DNA of 63,976 bases, taken from the NCBI GenBank assembly GCA_051294375.1, contig CM119264.1:67846-131821 (forward strand). The letters are read 5' to 3'. Positions within the stretch are counted from its first letter, which is position 1; each line of letters opens with the position of its first letter. Below are positions 1-12,289 of this stretch, piece after piece. A model generated the notes under the pieces. That model searched no databases. It was not told the DNA's origin and saw only the letters and a list, made by a program, of their open reading frames with translations. Origin of the DNA: Paraspadella gotoi (lineage: Eukaryota > Animalia > Chaetognatha). The translations under genes were made by a program, and so were the position numbers.

Positions 1-1552
1 ATTATATTTCCTTTAACTTTTCACGAGGAAAACAATTCTGCTTTCAATATTTATAAAAAAAAAACTCCGCAAAAAAAAAGTTCTGGTCAGTGAAATAGCA
101 AGTAAATGTGAGTTTAAAAAGAAAGTGAGAGAAAAAATCTAAAGGTAAAGAGTGAATGAAAAATGATTTTGGAAATTTCGGGTAAAAAACGTGAGACGAG
201 AGAGAGAGGATGCAGAGAGAGATGAGAGAGAAGAGAGAGAGAGAGGAAGAGAGAGAGGCGAGAGGCGGAGAGGAGAGAGGAGAGAGAGAGAGATGGATTC
301 GCGAAGATCGAAGGAGAAATGGAAAAATGGGAAAGAAATAATGGAATGGAAAGAAAAAAAAAAAAAATCGAGAGGAAAAAATGAAAACTGAAGGAGAAAA
401 GTCTGAAATTGTTGCCATTTAAGGCGGAGGAGATATATCGAGATGGCACTACCAGTCACAATGCAATTTACTCTTTGCCCCAATATTGTTATGCTGCCCC
501 GAATAAACACTTTTCTTAAATTAAGGTTACAATGTTGTGAGATTTTTAGGCTTATTCACAAAATTCCATTCTTTTTTGTTAGATGATATAAGCAAAGAAT
601 TATCTCTGGCTCTCTCTCTCTCTTTCNNNNNNNNNNNNNNNNNNNNNNNNNNNNNNNNNNNNNNNNNNNNNNNNNNNNNNNNNNNNNNNNNNNNNNNNNN
701 NNNNNNNNNNNNNNNNNNNNNNNNNNNNNNNNNNNNNNNNNNNNNNNNNNNNNNNNNNNNNNNNNNNNNNNNNNNNNNNNNNNNNNNNNNNNNNNNNNNN
801 NNNNNNNNNNNNNGACGACGACGACGATGTAGACGACGATCAAGACGACGATCAAGACGACGATGACAACGACGACGACGATCAAGACGACGATGACGAC
901 GACGATCAAGACGACGATGACAACGACCAGTTTTTTTTCTTAATTTTCATCAAACAAGAACGGTAAATCCAATGTGTTGCGCCTCACTGACTTTATTTTC
1001 ACTTGTATTTTCCATTTCTNNNNNNNNNNNNNNNNNNNNNNNNNCACGCGAAAACGACAACACGAAACTAAAGAGGAAATTTGAAAGAGAAATCTCAAAC
1101 GATTTGATGTCAAAACAGGGAGGGAGAGGAGAGAAGAAGAGAAGGGGAGAAGGGAAGGGAGAAGGGGGAGGAAAAGGCGGAGGGGGAGGGAATAAGGGAG
1201 AGAGAGAAGGGGAGGGAGAGGGGAGGGACAGGAGAGGGGGAGGGTGAAGGAAGAAGGAGAAGGGGAGGAAAAAGGGGAGGGAGATGGGGAGAGGGAGATG
1301 GGAGAGGGAGGAAGAAGGGGAGGGGAGAGAAGGAAACAAAAGACGAAATTTTGATGCAGTGCATGTCATAAATACACGGGCTAAGAAAGGTTTTTAGTCA
1401 TGTCATGTCATGTCATATCTTATCATGAGAGAAATGGAAATTTCGTCGTTCGTCGTCGGCGTCGTCGTCGTCGTTGTCGTCGTCTTCGTTTGTCGTTCTT
1501 TGTCGTCGTCGTCGTCGCCGCCATCCAACCTTTTTTGGCGCGACCCCAACAC

Positions 1553-2160
1553 TAAGGCGTATTGAAAATTACATACGAAAATTCTAAAAGCCAATTATGA
1601 AGAACATACCATCAATGAACATTAATTTGTAAAAAAAAAAAAATTTATGTTTTTTTAATTTTCGCAGTAGGCTACATTTATATATAGTACTATCCTTATA
1701 AAATCTAAAAATTTCAAAATAGGCTTTTCTTAATTTTGATTACAGATTTGAATTCCTTGTCAAAAGTTAATAAAAGAAAATATAAATCATTTTTAAAAAT
1801 TCTTTTATTAAGTGGGTTAAAATATAAAAAAACTATATTTAATATATAAAAAGTTAATTTTCAGCTTAAAATATAATTTTTTTTTAATTTTTGACCGAGT
1901 AATTTTTCAAAAAGAGTTATATTTCTTTTTATATCAACTTTTTATGATGAATCCAAATCTGCAAAAAAAATCTTTAAACAAATTGTTTTGAAATTTTAAC
2001 ATTTATTGGTTTAGTACTAGTATAAATATGGCCTACTGCGTAAATTGTAAAATTTATTATAAATTTTTTTATTACATAAATGTTCAATAATATAATGTTG
2101 TTCGTTCCTCACTTTTAGAATTTTAATTAAAGTTAAATTTAGAAATTTTACTACGCCATA
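1553..2160 (+). mobile_element. hAT-type non-autonomous element (MITE), foldback structure, copy 1
   Basis: Ends TAAGGCGTATTG...TTTACTACGCCATA (imperfect TIR, YARNG-like start). Flanked by exact 8-bp direct repeat CCCAACAC (1545-1552 and 2161-2168). Homologous to 5280-5891 and 11383-11946. Confidence 0.88.
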
Positions 2161-2299
2161 CCCAACACACGCCGCCCCTCATTGGAGGAAGAAGTGGCCA
2201 ACTAGGCCTCCCTCCATCCTTAGATCTCATTTCGTCCATGATGTATTTGTATTCCTAGTTTATTCTATAGTTGATATCAGACCTATTAATTTTATAATT

Positions 2300-2552
2300 A
2301 TGATATCAGGTTATGATATCAGGTTATAATATAAATATAAATAAATATTTAAATAAATATTTAAATAAATATATAAGGTTATATAAGGTTATATAAGGTT
2401 ATATAAGGTTATATATAAGATATGAGGTTATGATATTTGGTTATGATATTTGTTTATGATATGAGATTATGATATGAGGTTATGGTATCTGGTTATGATA
2501 TCAGGTTATGATATCAGGTTATGATATGAGATTATGATTTTAGGTTATGAAT
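2300..2552. repeat. ~13-bp minisatellite (GGTTATGATATCA-like)
   Basis: Tandem ggttatgatatca/ggttatgatatga units with an embedded atataaggtt run. Confidence 0.8.
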
Positions 2553-3613
2553 CATCATCATCATCATCATCGTCATCATCATCATCATTATTAGTTTTTT
2601 ACTTGTCCTTTATTTTGTCTCACTATCGAATTGTGATATCAATCTGGACTTGTTCTTCTTACAATACAGTTACCATTGGAGATAACAGAATTTACTTCTT
2701 CACTGTCTCGGTCAAGTTTTTAGTTTTCATATTCATTCCCTTCAATTTCAATGACCCTTTTTCTCATTGATCTCGTAGTCTCTTTATTTCATTGCAGATT
2801 GTCATTGCCATCAATGTCTCTTTTCTGTCGCAATCGATGAAGAAACATATCGATTTCAAAAGAAGGGAAATCCTCTCATCCCCCAGGAAAAAGCTGGGGT
2901 GGACGGAGGATTGGGGTAAAAGGTTTGGGGTAAAAGGTTTGGGTAAAGGATGAGGAAAGTATTGTGGAAAAGGAGAAACGATTTCATGAGAAGGCAATGT
3001 CATCTTATTTTGTCAATTGAGGAGCGGTTGACATTTGTTCAGTAGGACAATCGGTAAAATCTTATCTTGTTTTCTTTTCTTTTTTTCTTTTCTTTTCTTA
3101 CACTTTAGTAAATTGATAGATTGATCTGAAATTTTGTGTGTGGCCAGAAAAGAGGTTGATTGAGCTTAATCTTAAGTTTAGACAAAATCATTATGGTAGA
3201 AATTAATTTAATTAAAAAAAAATAAAAATAAATTTTAACTATATATTTCTTCATTTTAAAAAGTAGTACAAAAAAAAGGTAAATCCTGAAAAAGTAGAAA
3301 AAAATGTTTTCATTTTTCTGGTTCGCCCTGTAATTAATCTTTCCCTTAGTCGTGAATCCCTGCTCCGCTTAGTTAAACAATCAGCTTTTGACCATGTTGA
3401 TTATATTCTGGGAAGCGTGAGGACCTCGGTAAGGGCCTTTGTGGGTAAGGTAAACCCCCAAGCCTGATTCCAGACCCAGAAGGCACACCCTAACTAAAAG
3501 AAGGAGATAAAAAGTAATTATGATCAATCTCAGTCTGTTGATGGTCATTAGCTCATGGCTCTACTCAATGAACCATTGTGTCATGTCATGTCATGTCAGC
3601 CATGTCATTTCAG

Positions 3614-3681
3614 CCAGCCAGGCCAGGCGGGCCAGGCCGGCCAGGCGGGCCAGGCGGGCCAGGCGGGCCAGCCGGGCCAGC
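3614..3681. repeat. GC-rich 9-bp tandem repeat (CCAGGCGGG)
   Basis: gccaggcgggccaggccggccaggcgggccaggcggg... Confidence 0.8.
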
Positions 3682-4083
3682 CTTTTTTTTCTCCTTTTCT
3701 CAAATAAGTTGTGAAAAACCGTGATTGTATTATAGATCAAGATTATCGCAAGGAAGATATTGGTTTTATAATTACATATTTTGATACAAACATTAGTGGA
3801 GGATGTAATTTTTAGTAAGAAAAACATTCGAGATCAAGTGAAAAAATGAACGAGAGTTTATTTCAGTAATAAAATGACTTTTATATGAACCACTTTGTTA
3901 TGAAATAAAAGAAATCAAAAAAGGAATATAATTTTAGGCCGGTAATATTATTTACATTTTTGCAATTCAAGAGAAATTTCACGTTCGATCTTCACTCATT
4001 TTAATATTATAAATACATACTTCTGTAATTTTTTAGAGTATTTTTATTTCAGGTGCCAATATCAAATCCTGTTCAGTTCAAGA

Positions 4084-4145
<62 letters not shown>

Positions 4146-4168
4146 GAGACAGAGAGAGAGAGAGAGAG

Positions 4169-4361
4169 TCACGTAAAAATCACGTCAGGAAATCACGTGA
4201 ACATCGAGACGGAATTCATGCGGACTGCGCGTGCGAAGTGATTCTCACCATCAAATCGTGAGTTCGTGTGCGCGCAACGAATCTCTCACGATTTACGTGC
4301 GCAATAAATGAGTCGAAGCGTGCAATTTGAAAGATTCCGCGCATGCGCAGTCAATGATTGG
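4169..4361. promoter_or_regulatory. CpG-rich dyad-symmetric island with E-box, NRF1-like and CCAAT motifs
   Basis: TCACGT x3 (4169, 4180, 4193 TCACGTGA). GACTGCGCGTGCG (4223) is inverted against CGCATGCGCAGTC (4340-4352). Central hairpin 4253-4294. ATTGG at 4357. Confidence 0.35.
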
Positions 4362-4693
4362 GTTCGTTAAGTCGACATTTGGCATCAGGAAAGAGAGAAA
4401 ATGAGGAGGAAGAAACAAATATAAAAAGTTGAAATTTCGAAAAAAGTAATAAAATGTTAAATTTAAAAGTTAAAAGTTATAAACAAAATAGAGAAATTGT
4501 AATATGTTGCGTTTAATTGATTAGTTTGAAAGCTCATTGTTAAAATCAGCTTACTCCCAGAAAAGAAATTAAAAAAAAATATATTTTAAAGAGGAAAAAA
4601 CAGCATTTTAGTTTAATTGTTTTAATCTTTACAAACAAAAGATGAATTGTAAAAGTATTGTACAACTTTTTTAGATAAAAATGGAAAAGTGTA

Positions 4694-5274
4694 CATGGTG
4701 ACAATTTTATAAGCGCCGCTAAAAAAGAACTGTCATTCAAAAATGCGTTAAAAATGAGTTTAAAAATTTATTTCATTGGTTAGGGGAGACAAAAATTATT
4801 TTGTTGACTAGAAACAACCAACATTAAATAACGCAAAATAGTTTAAATAGAATATTTAAAGCAGCTTCCCCGCTGGCTCAAAACAAATTTTGGCTCTTCT
4901 CTTCACCGCCTGAGCAGCTCGACGAACTTCGTCTTCTGGCAATGATGCCGCCATCTTGTCTACTCGCTGCTGAAGCGTTCACTGAACACTGAACAGGTCA
5001 GGCACCTCCTGCTTCTTCTTTCGCGAGTCTGGGTATCTTGACTCTTCATCCAAAAGTGCACCATGAACCGTCGACATGATCAAGTTGGATTCCCAGCCCA
5101 GTTAAAAATAATCCATTTCGCTGCCTCCGGAGTGTAGAACGAATTCGATCGCCCTAATTGGCAAATCATTATGGTTTTAAAAAAAATGCGAATAACCAAC
5201 AATTTATAGGTAAACAAATTCCTCTCTTCTTCCTCTTCCTCTTTTCTACCGGCGCTTATAAAATTGTCACCATG
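4694..5274 (-). mobile_element. Internally deleted Tc1/mariner-superfamily element with transposase C-terminal remnant
   Basis: Perfect inverted repeat TACATGGTGACAATTTTATAAGCGCCG (4692-4718) / CGGCGCTTATAAAATTGTCACCATGTA (5250-5276), including TA target sites. The minus strand gives frameshifted TPEAA..MDYF.W (SPDxxPxDYFxW-like) and TLQQRVDKMAASLPEDEVRRAAQAVKRRAKIC, typical of the mariner-like C-terminus. Confidence 0.8.
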
Positions 5275-5279
5275 TATAG

Positions 5280-5891
5280 TAAGGCGTAGTAAAATTCCTA
5301 AGTTTAACTTTAATTAAAATTCTAAAAGTGAGGAACGAACAACATTATACTTATGAACATTTATGTATAAAAAAATTTATAATAAATTTTACAATTTACG
5401 CCGTAGGCCATATTTATACTAGTACTAAACCAATAAATGTTAAAATTTCAAAACAGTTTTTTCTAAGATTTTTTTGCAGATTTGGATTCGTCATAAAAAG
5501 TTGATAAAAAGAAATATAATTCTTTTTGAAAAATTCCTTCATGAAGTGGGTTAAAAATTAGAAAAATCTATATTGTAAGCTGAAAATTAACTTTTTATAT
5601 ATTAAATATAGTTTTTTTTTATTTTTAACCCACTTAATGAAAGAATTTTTAAAAATGAATTATATTTTCTTTTATCAACTTTTGACGAGGAATTCAAATC
5701 TGCAATCAAAATTAAGAAAAGCCTATTTTTAAATTTTTAGATTTTATAAGGATAGTACTATATATAAATATAGCCTACTGCGAAAATTAAAAAACATAAA
5801 ATTAATTTTTTTTACAAATTAATGTTCACTGATGGTATGTTGTTCATAATTGACTTTTAGAATTTTCGTATGTAACTTTCACTACGCCTTA
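5280..5891 (-). mobile_element. hAT-type MITE, copy 2 (opposite orientation)
   Basis: TAAGGCGTAGT...ACTACGCCTTA termini. Exact 8-bp TSD ATGTATAG (5272-5279 and 5892-5899). Confidence 0.9.
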
Positions 5892-6002
5892 ATGTATAGG
5901 GAAAGAAATATTTTGTGAAATTTAATATGTGTAAGGTTTACAAATGATATGATGATATGATATGAACACTTGAGGGACAATGCGAGAGGTAGAAGGAGAA
6001 AA

Positions 6003-6044
<42 letters not shown>

Positions 6045-6063
6045 GGAAGGGAAAGGAAGAAGA

Positions 6064-6096
<33 letters not shown>

Positions 6097-7054
6097 TGTG
6101 AGAGAGAGAGACCAAAAGAGATCGACTTCAATTATCTCGACCATGAAAAAATTCCATGCATTTAGATGCTGGTCACTGACCGCCAACGACAGACCGACAG
6201 ACCGACATGGTTCGCCTTTTCGCTTCCTAAAAAAGGGGTGTTGAGCAATCACTCTGCAATGGTCACCAATGGTCACCAATCGGCTGTGACTTTTTTTAAA
6301 GGAATACAACGATGCTTGCGTTCATGCAATCATGCTTACTATACTCGCCACATGCCATCATGCAATCATGCTTGCTTTACTCGCTACTGTGCCAACCCTT
6401 TCCGACCGCAGTGGCTAAATTCGCCCCTCGTGGCTCAATTCTCTCATGAACGGCCAAGTCAAAGGCATTCAGCCTTGCTCTGACCTTGGTCGGTCAGTCA
6501 GTCAACGCCACCGTAAAATTGGATTCTGGTCAAGGAAAACTTGTTTCCCCTTTTCGTCGAATAAATCAATTTAGTTATAAATTTATACAAGAATAATGAA
6601 ACATTGCCAAAATAGCACATTAAGAGATTAAAGTCTAGTATAATCGCAATTAACTTATATCTTAATTTTTTGTATTGGTCGGTGGTATGTCTTATCTGTT
6701 CTTATCTCTTTCAGTCTGTCTGTCTTTTTTGTCTGTCTATCCAAAGACTCAAGGTTAAGAATTATTGCAGGTAATTATTTACCTAAAATTTCCATTTAAG
6801 CAGCCAATCAGATGATAAGTTATAATTAATCTTACAATTTTTTTATTGAATACAAGTATTTACCAACAATATTTGTAATTTATATTATTTTTATGAGTTA
6901 GTTGGTTTAATTATTGTGATAATGCAGGTTAAGCTTAGGATTTTTATGGTTTTTATGATAGTTGTGGTTGTATTGTTTGTTATAAATACAGTAGTTTTTG
7001 TTGCTACATACATTTACATTTCATTTAAAAGTAAAACATGCAACATTAATAGTT

Positions 7055-7380
7055 AAGTGTAATTTTTTTTGTCACTTAAACGATTCCATCGAAACTTGAT
7101 TTTTTCTTTATTCTTTCTCAACCCACACAAAATTTCACACAAAATATTTACACATGAGAAATTTGCGTTCAAAAATAAGGGGGGATGGACGGACAGATAG
7201 CTAGACAGACAGATAAACAGACAGACAGACGGACAGATATGATTTTTTTGCATAATTTATCAAAATTCGATGTTCTGATTTGATTTAAATTATTTAAATG
7301 ATTTAAATGATTTAAATTTTTTAACAAAGAAACTTAGGAGTGATACCGACTGACGGACAAAGTAAATTATAGAGCCGGAA
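7055..7380 (-). mobile_element. Fragment of DINE-1/HINE-like family A
   Basis: Shares the cgattccatcgaaacttgattt..cccacacaaaatttca core and GGAC/AGAC microsatellite with 35050-35568. Confidence 0.55.
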
Positions 7381-7789
7381 TCAAAAGCACATTCAAATAG
7401 TGAATCTATTAATTAATTATATGATCATATTTTTAAGCTTTTAAGTTTTTTCGTCAAGTCTCTGACGACGACAAAAGAAACGACGACGATTGCACCACTA
7501 ATGATTAATTAATTGATTGATTGGTTGAATAATTAATTATTTATTTAATTAAATGATTAATAATTAATTATTTAATTATTTTTTATTATTTGATTGATGA
7601 ATTATCTGAATGATAAATTGATTGGTAGATTAAGTGATTGATTAGTTAATTGATTAATTGATTTATTGATTGATTGAATAATTAATTGATTGACTGGTTG
7701 ATTTATTTATTGATTGATTGATTTATTTATTTATCTTTTTTATAATTGATAAAAGAAAGAAAAGCATAATAAAAATTTAAAGAGTAAAA

Positions 7790-8090
7790 CAGGATTTTTT
7801 TTCCATTTAACCTCATCCCCACTCAGACGATTCCATCAGACGATTTCCTGCTCAATCACACACTTTCCTACCCACATGCAAAATTTTAAGTAAATCGCCC
7901 CGACCACTCATGAGTAATTGGTGTTCAAAGCTAAGGAGGACGGACGGATGGACGGACTGACATGGTTTTTTTTGCCTAATTTATCAGAGTTCGATGTTCT
8001 GACATGATTTCGGTGACTTACCGACAATATTTGGTGGGCGGACCGACGTAATTTATAGAGACGGGATCTGCTGTAAGCAGATCTGGCTAA
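7790..8090 (-). mobile_element. Terminal part of DINE-1/HINE-like family A
   Basis: Core module plus (GGAC)n plus terminal hairpin gacgggatctgctgtaagcagatctggctaaaaa, matching 35230-35570. Confidence 0.65.
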
Positions 8091-8675
8091 AAATAAGAAA
8101 AGTTTTATATATTCAAACTTATTAACAAACGCTTTGTTCAAATTCTAAATCAAAAACTAAATTAATCTTCAAAATTTTTTCTTTCAAATCATGAATTCAC
8201 AAATTGTCTTCTTTTTCTTTCTTCAATCGTGATTTTTCTTCTTGTGACTCAAATTTATCTCACAAAATTTATTTTGCTTCCGATTTTGAGGAAGACGGAA
8301 GGAAGAGAGAAAGAGAGAGGAGAAGAGAGAGGAAGAGAGGGAGGGAGAGAAAGGAGAAGAGAGAGAGAGAAAGGGAGGGAGGGAGGGAGGGAGAGAGAGG
8401 AAAAGAGAGGGGGAAAGAGGGAAAGAGAGGAGAAGAGAAAGGGTGAGTAGAAGGGAGAGGAGAAGAGACAGGGAGAGAGGGAGGGAGAGAGGGAGGGAGA
8501 GAGAACAAGGTGGCGAGAGAGAAAAGAAAGAGAGGAAAGAAAGAGAAAGAAATAAAAAAATGAAGTGAAAAAGTGAGTAAAGCAAAAAACTATGACTTAC
8601 GATAAAAACCTTAAATCTCACTCAAGGTTTTAGTTATGATCTTCGTCTGAGATTTCAGTTCGACCTCTCGACCTG

Positions 8676-8862
8676 ACCACACACTCCGACACACTTCTCC
8701 ACACCCCGGCACACTTTGCAACACCCCGGCACACTTCGTCACACCCCGGCACACTTCGGGACACCCCGCCAGTCTTCGCCACACATCGGCACACTTCTCC
8801 AGTCTCCACACCACGCCACACTTCTCCACAACCTTGCATACTTTGCCACACCATACCACACT
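8676..8862. repeat. ~20-bp minisatellite (ACACCCCGGCACACTTCNNC)
   Basis: About 9 tandem degenerate units visible directly. Confidence 0.8.
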
Positions 8863-9263
8863 CCCCTCTTCACCACCTTTGGGTCTGAGGACGACACATC
8901 ACGTGCGACTATCATAAATTCTGTCAAATATTTCGAGGATGAAGTAGACGTGATGGAGACAGACTTTATTTTAATAAAAAATATTTTTGTATTATAAACT
9001 CGACGAGTTTTTATGTTAACAAAACTTAATAAAGTATAATATTATTTAACTTGTCTTGAAAGTATAATCCACCAAAATTCAAACAAATTCTTTGATGTGA
9101 CCTTGAGATTCCCCCCAAAATCCCCCCTTTTAAACCCACAGTGATTCTTCTTTCCTTCCTTTCTTTTTTAATGCACAGATATTTTCTTCCTTTTGTTAGA
9201 TTCAAAATGTTGAGGTTGAAATGAGATGAATTATAGTCCAAATCACTCACTCTCTTTTTTCTT

Positions 9264-9298
<35 letters not shown>

Positions 9299-9395
9299 TT
9301 TCTCTCTCTTTTCATCTCTCTCTCTCCCTCTCTCTCTCTCTCCTCTCTCTCTCCTCTCTTCTTCTCTTTCTCTCCCTGTCTGTCTCTCTCACTCC

Positions 9396-9428
<33 letters not shown>

Positions 9429-9431
9429 CTC

Positions 9432-9463
<32 letters not shown>

Positions 9464-10013
9464 TTCTTTCTCTCTCCCTCTTCCAGTTCCGCCCCTCTGG
9501 CTTCCCAATAGATCCCATAGATCTCTCTCATTCCATTAGGAGACCTTTATCCCGCTCCCTCTTTCTCCCCTCTCTCTCTCCCCTCTCTCTCTCCCCTCTC
9601 TCTCTCTGTCTCTCTCTCTGTCTCTCTCTCTCTTTCCTCTCTTTCTCTTCCCCCCTCTCTCTCTCTCTCTCTTTCCCTTCTCTCTCTCTCCCTTTCTAAC
9701 TATCTTCCTCTCTCTCTCTCGCTCTCTCTCTCTCTCTGCGTCTGTCCTTATCCCTGATGGTCTCTCATTTTCCATCATTGATTTTTTTCTTGCTTCACTA
9801 ATCATTTTCTTCAGGTATAAAGAAAAAGTGGCTCATCTGTCAGAGAGAGAGAATCTTTTTTCTGCTTCTTAAGATAGAAGAGACAGACAGACAGATAGAA
9901 AGAAAGAAATATATAAAAAAGAGAAAGAAAGAAAAAAATCAAGAGAAAACAGAGAAATAAAATAAAGCAAGGGAAAAAGCAAGAAAAAGTTAAAGAGAGA
10001 TAAAGAGATAAAG

Positions 10014-10014
<1 letters not shown>

Positions 10015-10076
<62 letters not shown>

Positions 10077-10121
10077 GAGAGTTTGAAAAGATTTCCGATT
10101 TCCATCATTCAAAGGAAAGGA

Positions 10122-10186
<65 letters not shown>

Positions 10187-10330
10187 AGAGATCATCATAA
10201 TCATCATCACCGTCGTCTTTGTTTTCATCATCATCATTATCATGATTATAATCATCATCGTCGTTATCATCATCGTCTTCATCTTCATCATCATTATCAT
10301 CATCATCATCATCATCATGATCATCATCAT
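10015..10330. repeat. Compound microsatellite (GATA)n, (AG)n, (ATC)n
   Basis: Direct reading: GATA run 10015-10074, AG run ~10124-10182, degenerate ATC run to ~10330. Confidence 0.9.
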
Positions 10331-10494
10331 CTCCCCGCCCTACATTTTCTTTTCTATGGTGCTGCCCAATTTTCATGGTTTTCGCCAAAGGTCATAAAAG
10401 CGTCGGAAGTCAGCCAATGAAATATGGTTTATTCGGACGAGACATTTTCGCGAATATGAGGGGAAATCTTTCCTGTTTTCCTCCACACTCACCC

Positions 10495-10692
10495 TGTTCC
10501 AACTTAACCACCTTCTATCCCAACCTACCTGAGTCCTACTCTAACCTTATCACGTCCTACTCCGACCTACCAATGTTCTATCTTAACCTGCGTGCGTTTA
10601 TTTAAGTCCTATTCCAACCAAACTAAGTATTATACCAACCTAAGTGACTTTGCTGCATTCTACTTTGACTTAACTGCGTTCTACTCTGACTT
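10495..10692. repeat. Degenerate ~21-bp minisatellite
   Basis: ccaacttaaccaccttctat / ccaacctacctgagtcctact / ctaaccttatcacgtcctact periodicity. Confidence 0.6.
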
Positions 10693-11382
10693 TTTAGTTG
10701 GTCGGTCTGTTTCATATAGTTTTCTCTCACTTATAATAAAATACACATAACGGAAATATTGAGACATTTTTATTTGATTTTATCTCATAGGTGCAGTACT
10801 AAACTTGTATAATTACATTAAATACAATTGTATAAACAAAAAGTCAAATCAGAGCAAAAACTTTAAATTACAGTCCTCTATTCTTCCTCATTCTCCAACT
10901 CGTTATCCTAATTTTCGCTGTCGTCAAAGTCGTCTTCATCGTCATCGTCGTCGTCGTCATCTTCATCGTTGTCTTCGTCCTCATCGTCGTCGTCTTCATC
11001 GTCGTCGTCGATGTCTTCGACGTCATCTTCATCTTTAACGTCGTTGTCATCATCCTCTACATCATCGTCATCGTGATCGTCGTCCTCGTCTTCATTGGTC
11101 TTCGTCGTCGTCAATCATAATTTTCAAATCTTCGTTTTTCATTGTTGTTTTTGTTATCGTTGTCGTTGTCATCGTTTTTATCCTTGCCTTTCATTTATTG
11201 ACAATTGTAGATAACTTTGTACTTTTGTTTTTGGGATTAAATTTCCTTTTTCTCTCGGCTTTAGACCTCAGTAGTTAATACTGCACAGTGAGATCCATAT
11301 ATCCATTTTCAATTTGTGTCCCTCATTTGAGAACAAAAGGATTTACCGTTTGTAGTCGTCGTCCCTCGTTCATCGTCGTCAT

Positions 11383-11946
11383 TAAGGCGTAGTGAAAGTT
11401 ACATACGAAAATTCTAAAAGTCAATTATGAACAACATACCATCAGTGAACATTAATTTTTTTTTAAAAAATAATTTTATGTTTTTTAATTTAGCAGTAGG
11501 CACAAAATTTTAAAATAGGCTTTTCTTAATTTTGATTGCAAGATTTGAATTCCTTGTCAAAAGTTGATAGAAGAAAATATAAATCATTTTTAAATAATAA
11601 AAAACTATATTTAATATATCAAAAGTTAATTTTCAGCTTAAATATAAGCTTATTTTCTAATTTTGACCCACTTAATGAAGGAATTTTTTCAAAAAAAGTT
11701 ATATTTTCTTTTTCTCAACTTTTTTATGACGAATCCAAATCTGCAAAAAAATCTTAGAAAAAACCTGTTTTGAAATTTTAAACAATTTATTGGTTTAGTA
11801 CTAGTATAAATATGGCCTACTGCATAAATTGTGAAAATTTATTATAAATTTTTTTATTATATAAATGTTCATTTAGTAGATTGTTGTTCGTTCCTCACTT
11901 TTAGAATTTTAATTAAAGTTAATTTAGGATAATTTACTACGCCGTA
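11383..11946 (+). mobile_element. hAT-type MITE, copy 3 (small internal deletions)
   Basis: TAAGGCGTAGTG...TTTACTACGCCGTA. Near-perfect TSD GTCGTCAT (11375-11382) / GTCGTCCAT (11947-11955). Confidence 0.85.
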
Positions 11947-12289
11947 GTCGTCCATAGCGGTCTGGTCTTTTATTTCTCGTCGTCTGTTTTGTCGCTCCTC
12001 AGTAGAAAAAGGCGAAATAAGATTCTGCGCTTTTGCTTGCATTACCTTCATCTGATTGATGAGTCCACGTTTTTACGGTGATTGCATCATAGTTCGCCGT
12101 CTGCCGTCACCACTTTACAATGATTGGTGAGCTTGCGCTTAACGTTGTTCTTTGACGTTAGTACTTGCTCCTCAATATTTATCGGTAATAAATTAAATTA
12201 ATTAACAATTAATTTTCGGTTTAAAATGGAACCCGCATTTTACATCTGCACTCTTTATATGAAATTTGTCAGATTGCATTAGAAAAGAT

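Noticed and set aside
1555-2158. Initial reading of the 600-bp MITE as Tc1/mariner (TA target)
   Set aside because: All three copies have distinct 8-bp direct repeats outside the TA, so TA is part of the TIR and hAT fits better.
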